Shown here: in pieces, positions 8,355 to 15,860 of the stretch
How the letters are laid out: every line of letters begins with the position of its first letter
Numbering within the stretch: position 1 is the stretch's first letter
Assembly (NCBI GenBank): GCA_046582655.1
Contig: JAYGDX010000309.1
Coordinates: 1 to 15,860, forward strand
DNA length: 15,860 bases
Reading direction: 5' to 3'
From: Candidatus Poribacteria bacterium
Lineage (GTDB): Bacteria > Poribacteria > WGA-4E > UBA9662
Program-made: the position numbers and the translations under genes
Notes under the pieces: generated by a model
Seen by the model: the letters and a program-made list of their open reading frames with translations, nothing else
What the model was told of the DNA's origin: nothing
The model's database searches: none

Positions 8355-9494
8355 TTAATTGGCAACTGAAGAAAGAATATCAGTGACCGTATCAATCTCT
8401 GTTTTTGAATTATAGAAGTGTGGTGATAACCGAATTCCTCCCCCTCGTGTGGCACAGGAGATATCTGATTCTTGGAATAACTCAAACAGCATGCTTGGTG
8501 ACAATTTATTACTTCGAAAAATTACAATTCCTGAACGCTCAGATTCATTTTCTACAGGACTTAGAATTTCATAACCCTGATTGCTTAAGTTCTTAATTAA
8601 GTATTGTGTAAGATCAAGAATCCGGCGTTCAATATGCAGAATGCCAATTTCCAATAGCAACCCAATTGCGGCCTTCAAACCGAACAGGCCAACTGTGTTG
8701 TAGGATCCTTCTTCGAAGCGTCTAGCAGTGGGTTTCTGTGTTAGATTGTATTCCGAAAAAAATAATTCATCAACCACACTGGCCCAACCGATATTGGTGT
8801 TGGTTAGTTGATTGAGTTTATTTTTCGAACAGTAGTATATAGCCGCACCCTCTGGACCGAGTAGCCACTTGTGTCCGTCGGCTGAGAGAAAGTCAATGTG
8901 CTGCTTTTTCACGTCGACTTCAAAAGCCCCGAGTGTTTGAATTGCATCTACAAAAAACAGAATTTCCCTGTCTCGGCATATTTTCCCGATAGTAGCAATA
9001 TCGTTTCGGTAACCTGATGCAAACTCAACATGGCTGATTGTAATAATCCGTGTGCGCGAATCGATTTTAGCTACAATATCCTCAACTGAAATGCGTTTAT
9101 TGACTTCTTGTGCTAGTCGAGTTTCAACCCCGTATCGTTCTAAATTCCACCACGGATATATGTTTGATGGAAATTCGACATTTGTTGTGATGACATTATC
9201 CCCTGCTTTCCAGTTGATACCATTAGCTGTCAGGATAATACCTTGTGTGGTGTTCTTGACAAAGGCAATCTCATCGGGATCGGCATTGATAAGTTTTGCT
9301 GCAGACTGACGACAGGACTCTATAGTTTCAGCCCACATTTGAGAATTGGCGTAACCGTTCTCCGTTGTCTCTTTTAAGAAGGTTTCCATTGCTGATCGGG
9401 TGTGTGTTGATAATGGTGAAACACCCGCGTGGTTCAAGTAAATATAATTTTCAGTAACTGGAAACAATTGACGCAGGCTATTCCAATCACGCAT
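8355..9494 (-). CDS. Aminotransferase class V PLP-dependent enzyme (CefD/isopenicillin N epimerase-like or lyase-like; no desulfurase catalytic Cys loop)
   Basis: YLNHAGVSP, EFPSN, VDAIQTLG, SADGHKWLLGPEG (PLP Lys), RRFEEGS, IRLSPHFYN. No SufS RxGHHCA or IscS SSGSAC motif. Confidence 0.88.
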   Translation of the reverse strand: MRDWNSLRQLFPVTENYIYLNHAGVSPLSTHTRSAMETFLKETTENGYANSQMWAETIESCRQSAAKLINADPDEIAFVKNTTQGIILTANGINWKAGDNVITTNVEFPSNIYPWWNLERYGVETRLAQEVNKRISVEDIVAKIDSRTRIITISHVEFASGYRNDIATIGKICRDREILFFVDAIQTLGAFEVDVKKQHIDFLSADGHKWLLGPEGAAIYYCSKNKLNQLTNTNIGWASVVDELFFSEYNLTQKPTARRFEEGSYNTVGLFGLKAAIGLLLEIGILHIERRILDLTQYLIKNLSNQGYEILSPVENESERSGIVIFRSNKLSPSMLFELFQESDISCATRGGGIRLSPHFYNSKTEIDTVTDILSSVAN

Positions 9495-9503
9495 ACTTCT
9501 ATC

Positions 9504-10262
9504 CTAATTCTTTCTATAAAGAATTTTGAGTGTTGGATGGAATTTTGGATTAGGATGTTCTTTCGAGGCGAATTTTACTGTCTTTGATCCATCCCGAAAT
9601 GCGAACAGGTGACCATAATTGTAATCAGGATTTATCAGCCAAAATCGAAATGCTGATGTAATGAAATCCCCTTTCCAGATGTATCTTTTTTCTAGTCCCT
9701 TAACTTTTGTCAGTGCGTCAATACGATGAGCAATATCCTCAGATCCGTTGTAGTCACTTGGGCGATCGCCATTTATTCCTTTCAACATCGCTTGTGCTGG
9801 TGGTTTATTCCAAGTTAAACTTCGGTGTAAGCAGCTGTTAAAAGTGAGATCGTTTTTCTCCGCCGAGGAAAATTTTTGTTTTCCCTCCTTCCAGGGAAGA
9901 AGAACACGTCGAGCAATAATTTGCTGAGACTTCTTGGATTCAGATTGTAGGCAGTAGAGACTAATTTCTACGGATACGATCTGTTGAGGATCTAAAATTT
10001 TAAGTTTCTCAAAGGTTTCAAAAGTATCGAAAACTACAAAAAACACGCTTCCAATCTCTGAACAGGCTAACGACGGTTCGCCGCCTGCACTGTAATTCTT
10101 AAGCTGATGGTTCATCTGGTCTTTAGGCCGGATAATAATTGAAGTATCCTGTGTGGCACTTAAAATTATTTCCTCAGTTTTGCCTACGTTAGCAAGCATA
10201 TAAAGTAACAGGAGCATGAAGTAAATAAACCAAACCTGCAATTTAATCACTTTTTTGATCAT
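9504..10262 (-). CDS. Exported DNRLRE-domain-like protein
   Basis: Hydrophobic N-terminus, ATQDTSI, LLPWKEG, WLINPDYNYG, and the C-terminal FASKEHPNPKFHPTLKILY typical of DNRLRE domains. Confidence 0.65.
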   Translation of the reverse strand: MIKKVIKLQVWFIYFMLLLLYMLANVGKTEEIILSATQDTSIIIRPKDQMNHQLKNYSAGGEPSLACSEIGSVFFVVFDTFETFEKLKILDPQQIVSVEISLYCLQSESKKSQQIIARRVLLPWKEGKQKFSSAEKNDLTFNSCLHRSLTWNKPPAQAMLKGINGDRPSDYNGSEDIAHRIDALTKVKGLEKRYIWKGDFITSAFRFWLINPDYNYGHLFAFRDGSKTVKFASKEHPNPKFHPTLKILYRKN

Positions 10263-11541
10263 CTTTTATATCCATAGTAATAAAAACTGCATTCAGTACA
10301 TTACGTTCCTTATGACCAGATGGGCGGTTTGCCAACTGGCCGTCAACAATAAAAGTACTTGAAGATCCACCGTCGAGGTTAATTGCCTCCTTCACACCAA
10401 GCTTGAGCAGGATTTCAGCTAGCCGATAAAGCGAGAGCCCTGTACTGTAATTTGGTTGACGGCCATCAGCAACGATTAAAATCAATTTTTCCTTATTGAA
10501 TCCGAGAGCAGTTCGGGGTTCATAGCTTAACACCAGTGATGGCGAACGCTTGCCAGGGATATGTATTTTTTCGGTATTATGAAGTTGAACGATTTTTGGG
10601 TGTATTTGACCGTTTTTAATCAATCGAAGTCGGCCACCGATGGCATATTTTACATTCTTCCATTTGGGCGGATCGAGCGAAATTCGGATTTCCCCGATCT
10701 GTCCCTGTATAAGTTGACTGAATAGGTGTCTATTTTTCCGGGACCTAAAGGAGAGAACTCCGCCGTTTATGGGGATTGGATTGTTCCCTTTTTCACCAAA
10801 TTGTTGAATTATAAAGTTACTCTGGTAGTTGCTCGTTACTGGCAACTTTAGGTTAGACAAGACAATCTCAAAGCCACGGTGATTTGTGTGAGTTGCATAG
10901 CCCATACGTGGTGTGAAAAGAATGAGTTGATGTCCATCCTCACGCCGTTGGTTAATGGCGCCAACTGATAGAATTTGATCTCCCAATTTCGTTTGTGCTT
11001 TCATCTTTACATCATCAATCAAAAAAACTCCTGTTGTTGTAACTCCAAAACAAGATGTTGAATCAGTTGGTTGCGTAATCAGCTCGTAGTTTTGAATGTG
11101 CAGATTTTCAAGGACGCCGCCGTAGCCTCGCATGTCACCCAAGACCCCGAATCCTCCATTGACTGCGACCAGTGCTCTCCTATCACCGCGCTGATTTCGT
11201 TTCTCAGTGAGGAGCCGCACAGATTCCTTGCCGAGTATCTGATCATTCGCAACTCCTACTTCAAAGTCGAGATTCGATCCTTTTCTGTCCACCTCAGCGA
11301 TATACAGTACACATTTTTCATCGATCCAATCATAGCGATAGATGTGCAGTCCGCTATGAAGACCCTGATATAACTCCGTTTTGGTATCGCTGGCAAAAGA
11401 TGGTTTATAGAAGACCAAAACCAAATTGATAATTGCTAAGATGTAGCAAAAAGAATATACTAGCCTATAAGATTTAGTTGGTTGATGTATCCTCTGAGAG
11501 CATAAGGAGAAAATGTTACTGCGATGACAATGATTGTCCAT
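10243..11541 (-). CDS. Phosphodiester glycosidase (NAGPA) family exported protein
   Basis: AVNGGF, PRTALG, ADGRQPNYSTGLSL, AINLDGGSSS, ERNVLNA, and an N-terminal hydrophobic segment. The exact start is uncertain. Confidence 0.85.
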   Translation of the reverse strand: MDNHCHRSNIFSLCSQRIHQPTKSYRLVYSFCYILAIINLVLVFYKPSFASDTKTELYQGLHSGLHIYRYDWIDEKCVLYIAEVDRKGSNLDFEVGVANDQILGKESVRLLTEKRNQRGDRRALVAVNGGFGVLGDMRGYGGVLENLHIQNYELITQPTDSTSCFGVTTTGVFLIDDVKMKAQTKLGDQILSVGAINQRREDGHQLILFTPRMGYATHTNHRGFEIVLSNLKLPVTSNYQSNFIIQQFGEKGNNPIPINGGVLSFRSRKNRHLFSQLIQGQIGEIRISLDPPKWKNVKYAIGGRLRLIKNGQIHPKIVQLHNTEKIHIPGKRSPSLVLSYEPRTALGFNKEKLILIVADGRQPNYSTGLSLYRLAEILLKLGVKEAINLDGGSSSTFIVDGQLANRPSGHKERNVLNAVFITMDIKDDQKSD

Positions 11542-11586
11542 TTAAGGATTTTTCCCTCAGTAATTTTTTTGCGTAGTTTACGACAT

Positions 11587-11970
11587 TTACGCTTGATTCT
11601 TCCTTACGATTTTATTTTGTGTTCGCGTGATTTCAACACCGGCGTAATTAATTGGAATTTCAATCGGTGGTGATAATTTTTTCACTGCGATTTGTACTTT
11701 TACAGCCAGTGTTTGGGTTAGAATCTGCGTAGCAATCGACTCTGCCAGAGCTTCAAAAAGGTGAAATGAGCGTTTGGTGCCAATCTCTAGAACCATATCC
11801 ACTATCTTTGCATAATCAATAGTTTTCGTCAGATCGTCATTTTTGCCAGCGGTGGATAGGTCAAGACTTATTTTAAGGTCGACTTCATATTTCTGGCCGA
11901 TTTTCCGTTCGGCAGAATGTATGCCGTGGTAGCCATGGAAACGAATTCCTTTGATTGTAATCTTATCCAT
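11587..11970 (-). CDS. folB: Dihydroneopterin aldolase
   Basis: MDKITIKGIRFHGYHG...ERKIGQKYEVD, DDLTKTIDY, LFEALAESIA, VKKLSPPI, GVEITR; 127 aa. Confidence 0.95.
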   Translation of the reverse strand: MDKITIKGIRFHGYHGIHSAERKIGQKYEVDLKISLDLSTAGKNDDLTKTIDYAKIVDMVLEIGTKRSFHLFEALAESIATQILTQTLAVKVQIAVKKLSPPIEIPINYAGVEITRTQNKIVRKNQA

Positions 11971-11978
11971 CTTTAAAT

Positions 11979-12013
11979 ATAAACAGGGCGGGCAATGCGC
12001 CCACCCTGTTTAT
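11979..12013 (-). terminator. Strong hairpin between kamA and folB (intrinsic terminator-like or REP-like)
   Basis: Minus strand reads ATAAACAGGGTGGGC-GCATT-GCCCGCCCTGTTTAT, a 15-bp stem with one G-U pair that forms only on the minus strand. Its 3' end runs into TTTATATTT. Confidence 0.7.
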
Positions 12014-12048
12014 TCTTGGTAGCCTCAATTTCAAAACACACTGATTTG

Positions 12049-13107
12049 TTACCAATCTTCGTCGAAGAAGGGTTGGCTTGGATAGCTGTAAGTATTTCCT
12101 TCGTAGTTTTTTAAGTGAATTTCCTCTTCATTAAACGACTCGATCACATTTGGGGTAATTGCAATTTTACCACCGCCGTTAGGAGCATCAATGACATAGT
12201 GCGGTACACCCAATCCGGAAATGTGACCACGAAGCCCGCTAATGATCTCCAGCCCTTTTTCAACCGACGTTCGGAAATGATCAGTGCCATAGACGAGATC
12301 GGCTTGATAGATATAATACGGTTTTACACGAATTGATAGCAGTTTCTTCATCAGCTCTCGCATAATTTCAAGATCGTCATTAACACCTCGAAGCAATACG
12401 GTCTGATTACCGACCGGGATTCCAGAATCGACAAGCATCTCGCAAGCCTTTTTCGATTCTGCTGTTATCTCAATTGGATGATTAAAGTGTGTGTTGATGT
12501 AGAATGGATGGTTTCCTCTAAAAATTTCGCATAGATCTGGAGTAATACGCTGCGGTAGGGTGACAGGTACACGCGAGCCAATTCGAATGATCTCGATATG
12601 TTCAATCGCGCGTAGCTGACTAATGATGTATTCAATCTTTTTGTCGGTTAGCATTAACGGATCTCCACCCGAAATAATGACATCACGAATCTCTGAGTGT
12701 TTGCTGATGTACTCCAGACCAATTTCAAAATTTTGATCCGGAATCGAGTATGGATCACCAACTTTACGCTTTCGCGTACAAAAACGACAGTAGATCGGGC
12801 ACATGTAGTTGACATAGAATAGGACACGATCCGGATAACGATGCGTAACGTTCGGCACCGCGCTATCATGTTCTTCTGACAGCGGATCTTCAAACCCTGT
12901 AGAAATTAATTCTTTACTATCTGGAACAACTTGTTTCCAAATAGGATCATTTGGTTCTTCAATCAAACTTAGGTAGTATGGATTAATACGGATTGGAAAT
13001 TCCTTGTGAACGCGTTGGAGTTCCTCAAGATTAGAATTCGGAAAAATTGCATTCAATTTTTCCGGCGTATTAATAGTGTCTCGAACTAGTTGTTTCCACT
13101 CGTCCAT
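12049..13107 (-). CDS. KamA-family radical SAM enzyme (lysine 2,3-aminomutase / EpmB-like)
   Basis: EDPLSEE, THRYPDRVL, CPIYCRFCTRKR (CxxxCxxC), ISGGDPL, RIGSRVPVTLPQRIT, THFNHP, NQTVLLRGVND, PYYIYQAD, DAPNGGGKI (PLP Lys). Confidence 0.93.
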   Translation of the reverse strand: MDEWKQLVRDTINTPEKLNAIFPNSNLEELQRVHKEFPIRINPYYLSLIEEPNDPIWKQVVPDSKELISTGFEDPLSEEHDSAVPNVTHRYPDRVLFYVNYMCPIYCRFCTRKRKVGDPYSIPDQNFEIGLEYISKHSEIRDVIISGGDPLMLTDKKIEYIISQLRAIEHIEIIRIGSRVPVTLPQRITPDLCEIFRGNHPFYINTHFNHPIEITAESKKACEMLVDSGIPVGNQTVLLRGVNDDLEIMRELMKKLLSIRVKPYYIYQADLVYGTDHFRTSVEKGLEIISGLRGHISGLGVPHYVIDAPNGGGKIAITPNVIESFNEEEIHLKNYEGNTYSYPSQPFFDEDW

Positions 13108-13165
13108 GAAAAAATGGTTACCTTCACTTTAATACTGGGTTATTTAGAATAGTGTCTTTCGCTGA

Positions 13166-13696
13166 TCAATTAATTTCATAATTTTCTATTATAACTTTGA
13201 TCATTTTATCATTCTGACGAAGTTGATCGACAATTTCGATTCCAGTTACAACACGCCCAAATGATGCATATTGACTGTCTAGGTGTGGGGCAGTTCCTAG
13301 ACAGATATAGAATTGGCTTCCCGCTGAATTAGGATCTTGTGATCTGGCCATCGAAACGATACCCTTTTCATGCTTAGGCATTAGCTTAAGTAAATCAGGA
13401 TCCTGAAACTCTCCAAAGATTCTCCATCCAGGACCTCCAGTTCCATCCCCTTTTGGACAACCCCCTTGAATCACAAAGCCGGGAACGTATCGATGAAACG
13501 TAAGGTCGTTATAGAATCCCTGACTGATAAGTGTGGCGAAGTTCTCAACTGTTTTCGGCGCGACTTCCGGGTACAGTTCTATAATAATGTTTCCTCTTTC
13601 GGTTTCTATCGTGACAGTTGGTTTAGGTTCTTGACAACCAGATAATACTAGGGCAACAAACAATATATTGATAGAAGTACGAATGCGATGTCGCAT
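13166..13696 (-). CDS. Cyclophilin-type peptidyl-prolyl cis-trans isomerase, predicted lipoprotein
   Basis: APKTVENF, FYNDLTFHRYVPGFVIQGG, VSMARSQDPNSAGSQFYI, HLDSQYASFGRV; lipobox LVLSG-C at the N-terminus. Confidence 0.93.
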   Translation of the reverse strand: MRHRIRTSINILFVALVLSGCQEPKPTVTIETERGNIIIELYPEVAPKTVENFATLISQGFYNDLTFHRYVPGFVIQGGCPKGDGTGGPGWRIFGEFQDPDLLKLMPKHEKGIVSMARSQDPNSAGSQFYICLGTAPHLDSQYASFGRVVTGIEIVDQLRQNDKMIKVIIENYEIN

Positions 13697-13742
13697 TATA
13701 CTAGAAGTTTTTTTTATATTGCGCCATGATTATGAACGAATA

Positions 13743-13771
13743 ATTATACCAATCAAGTTTAGGGTAGTCAA
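13743..13771 (-). promoter_or_regulatory. Sigma70 promoter for the cyclophilin-kamA transcript
   Basis: Minus strand TTGACT (13771-13766), 17 bp, TATAAT (13748-13743), with a TGn extended -10. Confidence 0.8.
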
Positions 13772-13804
13772 ACCAAATGCAATGGGATGCTATTTGCTAA
13801 GCCG

Positions 13805-13834
13805 TTGACTTTCATGTAGGCGTTTTGCTAAAAT
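13805..13834 (+). promoter_or_regulatory. Sigma70 promoter for the GlmU-like gene
   Basis: TTGACT (13805-13810), 18 bp, TAAAAT (13829-13834), with a TGn extended -10. Confidence 0.65.
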
Positions 13835-13918
13835 ACGGCACCTAAAATAGAATCGCAAGTTTCCTCATGTGAAGGACTTGTAAGTACCATTTTAAAGCTT
13901 CAAGTTGAGGGATACAAA

Positions 13919-15289
13919 GTGTATAGTGCAATCATACTTGCTGCAGGTCTCGGTCGAAAAGCTTGGCCTTATGGGGAATATCGGCAGAAATGTACGCTTC
14001 CTATCGCAAATGTGCCTGTTGTTCGCCGACTGGCGAAAAATTTAATTGAGATCGGAGTTAACCAAATTGTTGTTGTAGTCGGTCATCACGCCCAGCAAGT
14101 TCAGGGAGCAGTTGCTGATCTGCCTGGGATAGAATTTATTACCCAAGATCCGGTTGGAGGCACTGCTACGGCGGCATTAAGTGCAACAAAAAAAGTGATC
14201 AATGACCGTTATTTAGTTGTTTACGGTGATGTGGTTACTGCAGTCGAGAATTTTCAAGATTTTGTTAAGCGATTTGATGAGAGTGGTGTTGGGGCTGCGG
14301 CAATGCTGCAAAGAATCGAACGTGAGGATCCAAGTAACTGGATATGTGGTGGAATAGATGGCGATTTCTTGACAGGGGTTGAAGGTCATCCACGTGGGGG
14401 GACATATCGGCTTTGCGGTATTTACGCTCTTAGATCTAATATGACACGTTATTTACTGAGAAATCCTGGAATCGCAACACGTGTGCCAGTTGGTGGTATG
14501 CCACCTCCAGAGGCTGAAATCGGTAATTCGTTTCAAGTAATGATAGATGATGGTCAACAGGTACTGGCTGTTGAAACCAACCAGTTTTTCGTTGATGTTG
14601 ATAAACCCTGGCATATTCTGGAAGCAAATCGGTTGGTAATTGACTATCTTATGAATCAGATTGAAGGTCATCAAATTGATGACAGTGCGTCGATTTCGGA
14701 CGCGGCTGAGATCCATGGAAAAGTTGTACTAGGCAAAAACTCGGTGATCGGCCCTCGAGTTGTAGTCAAAGGAGGACTCATTGCTGGTGCGAACAACAAC
14801 ATCACCAACGGAGCCATATTGGGTGGACATGTTTTGGTCGGCGATCACTGTCGAATCAGTGACTATTGTGATGTAGGAAGCAGTACAATTGGTAATCGTT
14901 GTATCATTGGGCATGGTGCAGAAATGTCAGGTGTCATGTTTGATAAAGTCTACCTATACCATTATTGTGAAATGTCGGGCGTTTTTGGTACTGCTACGGA
15001 TATTGGGGCAGCAACTGTCTGTGGCACGCTTAGGTTTGATGACCGCGACACAGCCCACCAGATTAGTGGTCGTTACGAAGTTCCTCCCATTGGTGCCAAT
15101 GCAACGTATATGGGGGATTACTGCCGAACTGGTGTTAACGCCATGATTATGCCCGGAACGAAAATAGGATCATACAGCGTTGTTGGTCCCGGTGTTATTC
15201 TCAATGAAGATGTTCCGAGCAAAACGATGATCATGGCGAAACAAGAACTGGTCAAAAAAACGTGGGGACCAGAGAAGTATGGCTGGTAA
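13919..15289 (+). CDS. Sugar-1-phosphate nucleotidyltransferase with left-handed beta-helix acyltransferase domain (archaeal-type GlmU-like)
   Basis: IILAAGLG, QKCTLPIAN, GGTATA, VVYGDV, DVDKPWHILEAN, hexapeptide repeats, IGAATVCGTLRFDD, MGDYCRTGVNAMIMPGTKIG. GTG start preceded by GAGGG. Confidence 0.85.
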   Translation: MYSAIILAAGLGRKAWPYGEYRQKCTLPIANVPVVRRLAKNLIEIGVNQIVVVVGHHAQQVQGAVADLPGIEFITQDPVGGTATAALSATKKVINDRYLVVYGDVVTAVENFQDFVKRFDESGVGAAAMLQRIEREDPSNWICGGIDGDFLTGVEGHPRGGTYRLCGIYALRSNMTRYLLRNPGIATRVPVGGMPPPEAEIGNSFQVMIDDGQQVLAVETNQFFVDVDKPWHILEANRLVIDYLMNQIEGHQIDDSASISDAAEIHGKVVLGKNSVIGPRVVVKGGLIAGANNNITNGAILGGHVLVGDHCRISDYCDVGSSTIGNRCIIGHGAEMSGVMFDKVYLYHYCEMSGVFGTATDIGAATVCGTLRFDDRDTAHQISGRYEVPPIGANATYMGDYCRTGVNAMIMPGTKIGSYSVVGPGVILNEDVPSKTMIMAKQELVKKTWGPEKYGW

Positions 15290-15420
15290 AGTTACGGATT
15301 ATGCTTGAGTTGTGTATGGGACTTTTATTTGATGGATGAAATGGGACCTTCGTGGATTCGTCGGTGAATAAATCTTTTTTATAGGAATTGCGTAGTAGGA
15401 GGTAAGTGATAGAGAGGGTT

Positions 15421-15606
15421 AGACAAGTAAGCACGGACAACAGGGCAGATAATTCCGAGGGTAGCCTGGAACCAACTCTGACCACTGCGCAAGCAGTAAC
15501 ATTCAACGAAGGAAGGCACGCAAGACCAAGCCGATATGATTCCGTTGTCCCCGGTTAGAATGCACTTGTGCTTGGCTCAAGGCCAACAAATTGCTTGAGG
15601 CCTTGA
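15421..15606 (+). ncRNA. Candidate structured non-coding RNA (possibly the left-end/bridge-RNA-like region of an IS110-family element)
   Basis: Nested complementary segments: ACAAGT 15423-28/ACTTGT 15564-69; GGACAAC 15435-41/GTTGTCC 15544-50; GCCT 15464-67/AGGC 15514-17; ACTGC-GCAA-GCAGT 15484-97 (GNRA loop, favours + strand); TTGGC-TCAAG-GCCAA 15572-86. Confidence 0.45.
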
Positions 15607-15660
15607 TGGTAGGCTTCGATTTTCCAGTATAACTTGCTTAACTGAAGACGTCGTTTTTCA

Positions 15661-15860
15661 GAGGGTGTCTAAAAACTAAACAGAAATAAGAATATTGGGC
15701 TAGGAGGGTGTTCATGGCGAATGCTTCCCAATGACTTTCCCCCCTGGAAAAGTGTGTATGGGTACTTCAGGGAATGGAAGAAAAGCGGTCTTTGGCAGAG
15801 GATTCATGAAAAGTTACGTCAGGAAGTTCCAGAACAGGCCGGAAGGCATCAAGAACCCAG
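15661..15860 (+). mobile_element. IS5-family (IS1031-like) element remnant: left terminal inverted repeat plus N-terminally truncated transposase, running off the window
   Basis: Frame 1 from 15703 reads GGCSWRMLPNDFPPWKSVYGYFREWKKSGLWQRIHEKLRQEVPEQAGRHQEP, the IS5 N-terminal signature. GAGGGTGTCTAAAAAC at 15661, preceded by TCA, fits the GAG ends and TNA target of the IS1031 group. An in-frame TAA at 15670 leaves no room for the usual N-terminus. Confidence 0.85.

Noticed and set aside
8355..9494. Cysteine desulfurase (sufS/iscS) call
   Set aside because: The catalytic Cys motif is missing and there are no suf/isc neighbours.
12049..13107. Specific epmB or kamA assignment
   Set aside because: No efp/epmA or lysine-fermentation genes are nearby, and the sequence alone does not separate the subfamilies.
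15397..15558. 50-codon ORF (GTG 15406 to TAG 15558) behind AGGAGGT
   Set aside because: The SD-to-start spacing is only 2 nt, the peptide has no recognisable features, and it overlaps the structured segment.
15421..15606. SRP RNA, tRNA, tmRNA or a known riboswitch
   Set aside because: GAAGGAAG is present but the SRP helix-8 context is not; there is no cloverleaf or aptamer consensus I recognise.
15311..15767. TGTGTATGGG repeated at 15311 and 15753, and TGCTTGAG at 15302 and 15592
   Set aside because: Short matches without extended similarity or regular spacing; not a CRISPR array and not a credible target duplication.

Overview
Bacterial, moderately AT-rich window. The mix of PQQ-repeat/LamG/methyltransferase proteins, a PhyH dioxygenase and a DNRLRE protein suggests Candidatus Poribacteria or a PVC-like lineage (inference only). 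From 5' to 3' it holds: two PQQ beta-propeller genes broken by three frameshifts and an in-frame TAG (1-3553); a minus-strand phyH-like + mqnP-like pair; a stand-alone motA-motB-motB operon; a minus-strand cluster (cyclophilin lipoprotein, KamA radical SAM, folB, phosphodiester glycosidase, DNRLRE protein, class V aminotransferase); a divergent sigma70 promoter pair; an archaeal-type GlmU-like gene; a ~185-nt structured non-coding segment; and a truncated IS5-family remnant. The most unusual feature is the orphan MotA + 2x MotB module. All three ORFs are intact, yet both MotB paralogues have Gly where the essential ion-conducting Asp sits, MotA lacks a conserved TM4 Thr and the FliG-contact motif, and the peptidoglycan-binding motifs are degenerate. 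This points to a repurposed, non-flagellar stator-like complex.
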